Shown piece after piece: positions 30,246-32,000 of a stretch of DNA of 32,000 nucleotides. Made by a program: the position numbers and the translations under genes. The stretch is taken from assembly GCF_000011465.1 (NCBI RefSeq), contig NC_005072.1, positions 1,500,001-1,532,000 on the forward strand, in the 5' to 3' direction. Below the pieces are notes generated by a model. That model was not told where the DNA came from, did not search any database, and saw only the letters and a list, made by a program, of their open reading frames with translations. The first letter of the stretch is position 1; every line of letters begins with the position of its first letter. The DNA comes from Prochlorococcus marinus subsp. pastoris str. CCMP1986 (GTDB taxonomy: Bacteria > Cyanobacteriota > Cyanobacteriia > PCC-6307 > Cyanobiaceae).

Positions 30246-30272
30246 TAAACTATCTAATTGGAAGATAGTTTA
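30246..30272. repeat. Perfect 10-bp inverted repeat, 7-nt loop, in the leader of the antiporter gene
   Basis: TAAACTATCT (30246-30255) / AGATAGTTTA (30263-30272). On the minus strand it is followed by ATTTTTC. Confidence 0.65.
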
Positions 30273-30380
30273 TGGAGGGCCCACTTTACCAAGTATGTAA
30301 AAAAAAGCAAAAATACTCAACAAGTGTGGATCTGAAGTTACAACAAAGAATTTATAAAAAAACTGGCTAATGTCATATAT

Positions 30381-32000
30381 ATGTCAAATCTAATGAACTC
30401 CAACGAACCCTTTGATCTACGCTTGCCTACTCCAGGCTGCTATTTAGATCCTGAGAAAGCTGGCATGGATTCTGATGCGCTCTTCAAAGGAATGACAGAG
30501 CACTTATTCTTTACTCTTGGCAAATTAGCAACTTCCGCTAGTCCTCATGACTTGTATATGGCGCTGAGTTACGCGGTAAAAGATAGATTAATGACAAGAT
30601 ATTTAGCCAGTCAAGAAGTAATAAGAAAAAAACCTCAAAAAACAGTCGCTTACTTATCAGCAGAATTTTTAATCGGCCCACAATTAAGTAATAATTTACT
30701 AAATCTTGGCATAACAAAAGAAGCAGAAGATGCCTTAAAAAGGTTTGGAATTGAATCACTATCAACGATTCTTGAAGTTGAAGAAGAGCCAGGCCTTGGT
30801 AATGGTGGTCTTGGAAGACTTGCAGCTTGTTATATGGAGTCTTTAGCTTCCTTACAAGTTCCTGCAGTTGGTTATGGTATTAGATATGAATTCGGAATAT
30901 TTAACCAGTTAATACGAGATGGTTGGCAAGTTGAGGTTACTGATAAATGGCTCAAAGGTGGTTGGCCATGGGAATTACCTCAACCTGATGAATCATGTTT
31001 TGTTGGTTTTGGAGGACGAACTGAAAGTTATAGAGACGATAAAGGTAAATATCGATCAAGATGGGTTCCCTCAGAACATGCAATTGGTGTTCCTCATGAT
31101 GTTCCAGTATTAGGCTACAGAGTAAATACCTGTGACAGATTAAGATTATGGAGAGCTGATGCAACAGAGAGTTTTGATTTTTATGCTTTCAATATTGGTG
31201 ATTATTATGGTGCGGTAGAAGAAAAAGTTGCCTCTGAAACTCTATCTAAAGTCCTTTATCCAAATGATGGAACTGATGAAGGGAGAAGATTAAGGCTCAA
31301 ACAACAACACTTCTTTGTCAGTTGTTCTCTCCAAGATATGTTGAGAAGTCTGGAAAAAAGATCTATCCCAGTAACAGAATTTGCAAATCATTGGACTGTT
31401 CAATTAAATGATACTCATCCAGCAATTGCTGTTGCCGAGTTAATGCGTCTGTTAATTGATCAGTATCAAATAGGTTGGGACAAAGCATGGAATATAACTA
31501 CTTCATCAGTAGCATATACAAACCATACATTGCTTCCTGAAGCATTGGAGAAATGGGATTTAAGTCTATTTAGTGATTTACTTCCCCGTCATTTAGAAAT
31601 TATTTATGAAATAAATTGGAGGTTCTTACAACAATTAAGACTTCGTTACCCAGGTGATGACAAGATTCTTCAAAAGCTTTCTATTATTGATGAAGAAGGT
31701 TCCAAGTCAGTGAGAATGGCACATTTAGCTACTATCGGAGCTCATCATATTAATGGTGTTGCTGCACTTCACTCTGACCTAATAAAAAGACAACTTCTCC
31801 CAGAGTTTGCAGAACTATGGCCTGAAAAATTTACTAATGTAACTAACGGAGTAACTCCTAGAAGATGGGTTGCATTAGCAAATCCATCTTTATCTAATTT
31901 GTTAGAAAAAGAAGTTGGTCCAGATTGGATTACGAATATGGAACTACTTAAAAAATTAGAAAATAAGAAAGATGATGCAAATTTTCTTCAAGAATTTGAG
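30381..32000 (+). CDS. glgP: Glycogen/alpha-glucan phosphorylase, 3' truncated by window edge
   Basis: Frame 3 is open from ATG 30381 to the window end: VAYLSAEFLIGPQLSNNL, EEPGLGNGGLGRLAACYMESLA, GYGIRYEFGIFNQ, HWTVQLNDTHPAIAVAELMRLL, HINGVAALHSDL, FTNVTNGVTPRRW. It is missing from the ORF track because it has no stop in the window. Confidence 0.96.
   Translation, partial: MSNLMNSNEPFDLRLPTPGCYLDPEKAGMDSDALFKGMTEHLFFTLGKLATSASPHDLYMALSYAVKDRLMTRYLASQEVIRKKPQKTVAYLSAEFLIGPQLSNNLLNLGITKEAEDALKRFGIESLSTILEVEEEPGLGNGGLGRLAACYMESLASLQVPAVGYGIRYEFGIFNQLIRDGWQVEVTDKWLKGGWPWELPQPDESCFVGFGGRTESYRDDKGKYRSRWVPSEHAIGVPHDVPVLGYRVNTCDRLRLWRADATESFDFYAFNIGDYYGAVEEKVASETLSKVLYPNDGTDEGRRLRLKQQHFFVSCSLQDMLRSLEKRSIPVTEFANHWTVQLNDTHPAIAVAELMRLLIDQYQIGWDKAWNITTSSVAYTNHTLLPEALEKWDLSLFSDLLPRHLEIIYEINWRFLQQLRLRYPGDDKILQKLSIIDEEGSKSVRMAHLATIGAHHINGVAALHSDLIKRQLLPEFAELWPEKFTNVTNGVTPRRWVALANPSLSNLLEKEVGPDWITNMELLKKLENKKDDANFLQEFE

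Noticed and set aside
30538-31164. Three small ORFs (30538..30765 -, 30919..31113 +, 30952..31164 -)
   Set aside because: All lie inside the open glgP frame, which carries clear phosphorylase motifs and has no frameshift or stop.

Overview
The window looks like an AT-rich chromosomal segment from a marine picocyanobacterium, most likely high-light-adapted Prochlorococcus. This rests on the ho1-pebA-pebB cluster, psaD, cyanobacterial-type gshA, fused panC-cmk and very compact gene packing. I support about 30 protein-coding genes and two tRNAs, tRNA-Arg(CCG) and tRNA-Cys(GCA). Both ends are truncated: a LarE-like gene on the left and glgP on the right. I see no CRISPR array, IS element, prophage, toxin-antitoxin pair or defence island, and no convincing novel multigene system. 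The observations most worth checking are: a recF whose open frame has no ATG/GTG/TTG start although its Walker A region lies upstream of the first Met; an eight-base G/C homopolymer inside a histidine-kinase-like gene whose ATP-binding motifs look degenerate; a small Cys-rich protein beside a roughly 310 bp non-coding convergent interval; a DUF1537 kinase/epimerase/hydrolase gene string; and several perfect inverted repeats in short intergenic spaces. All family assignments come from reading protein motifs. No database search was run.
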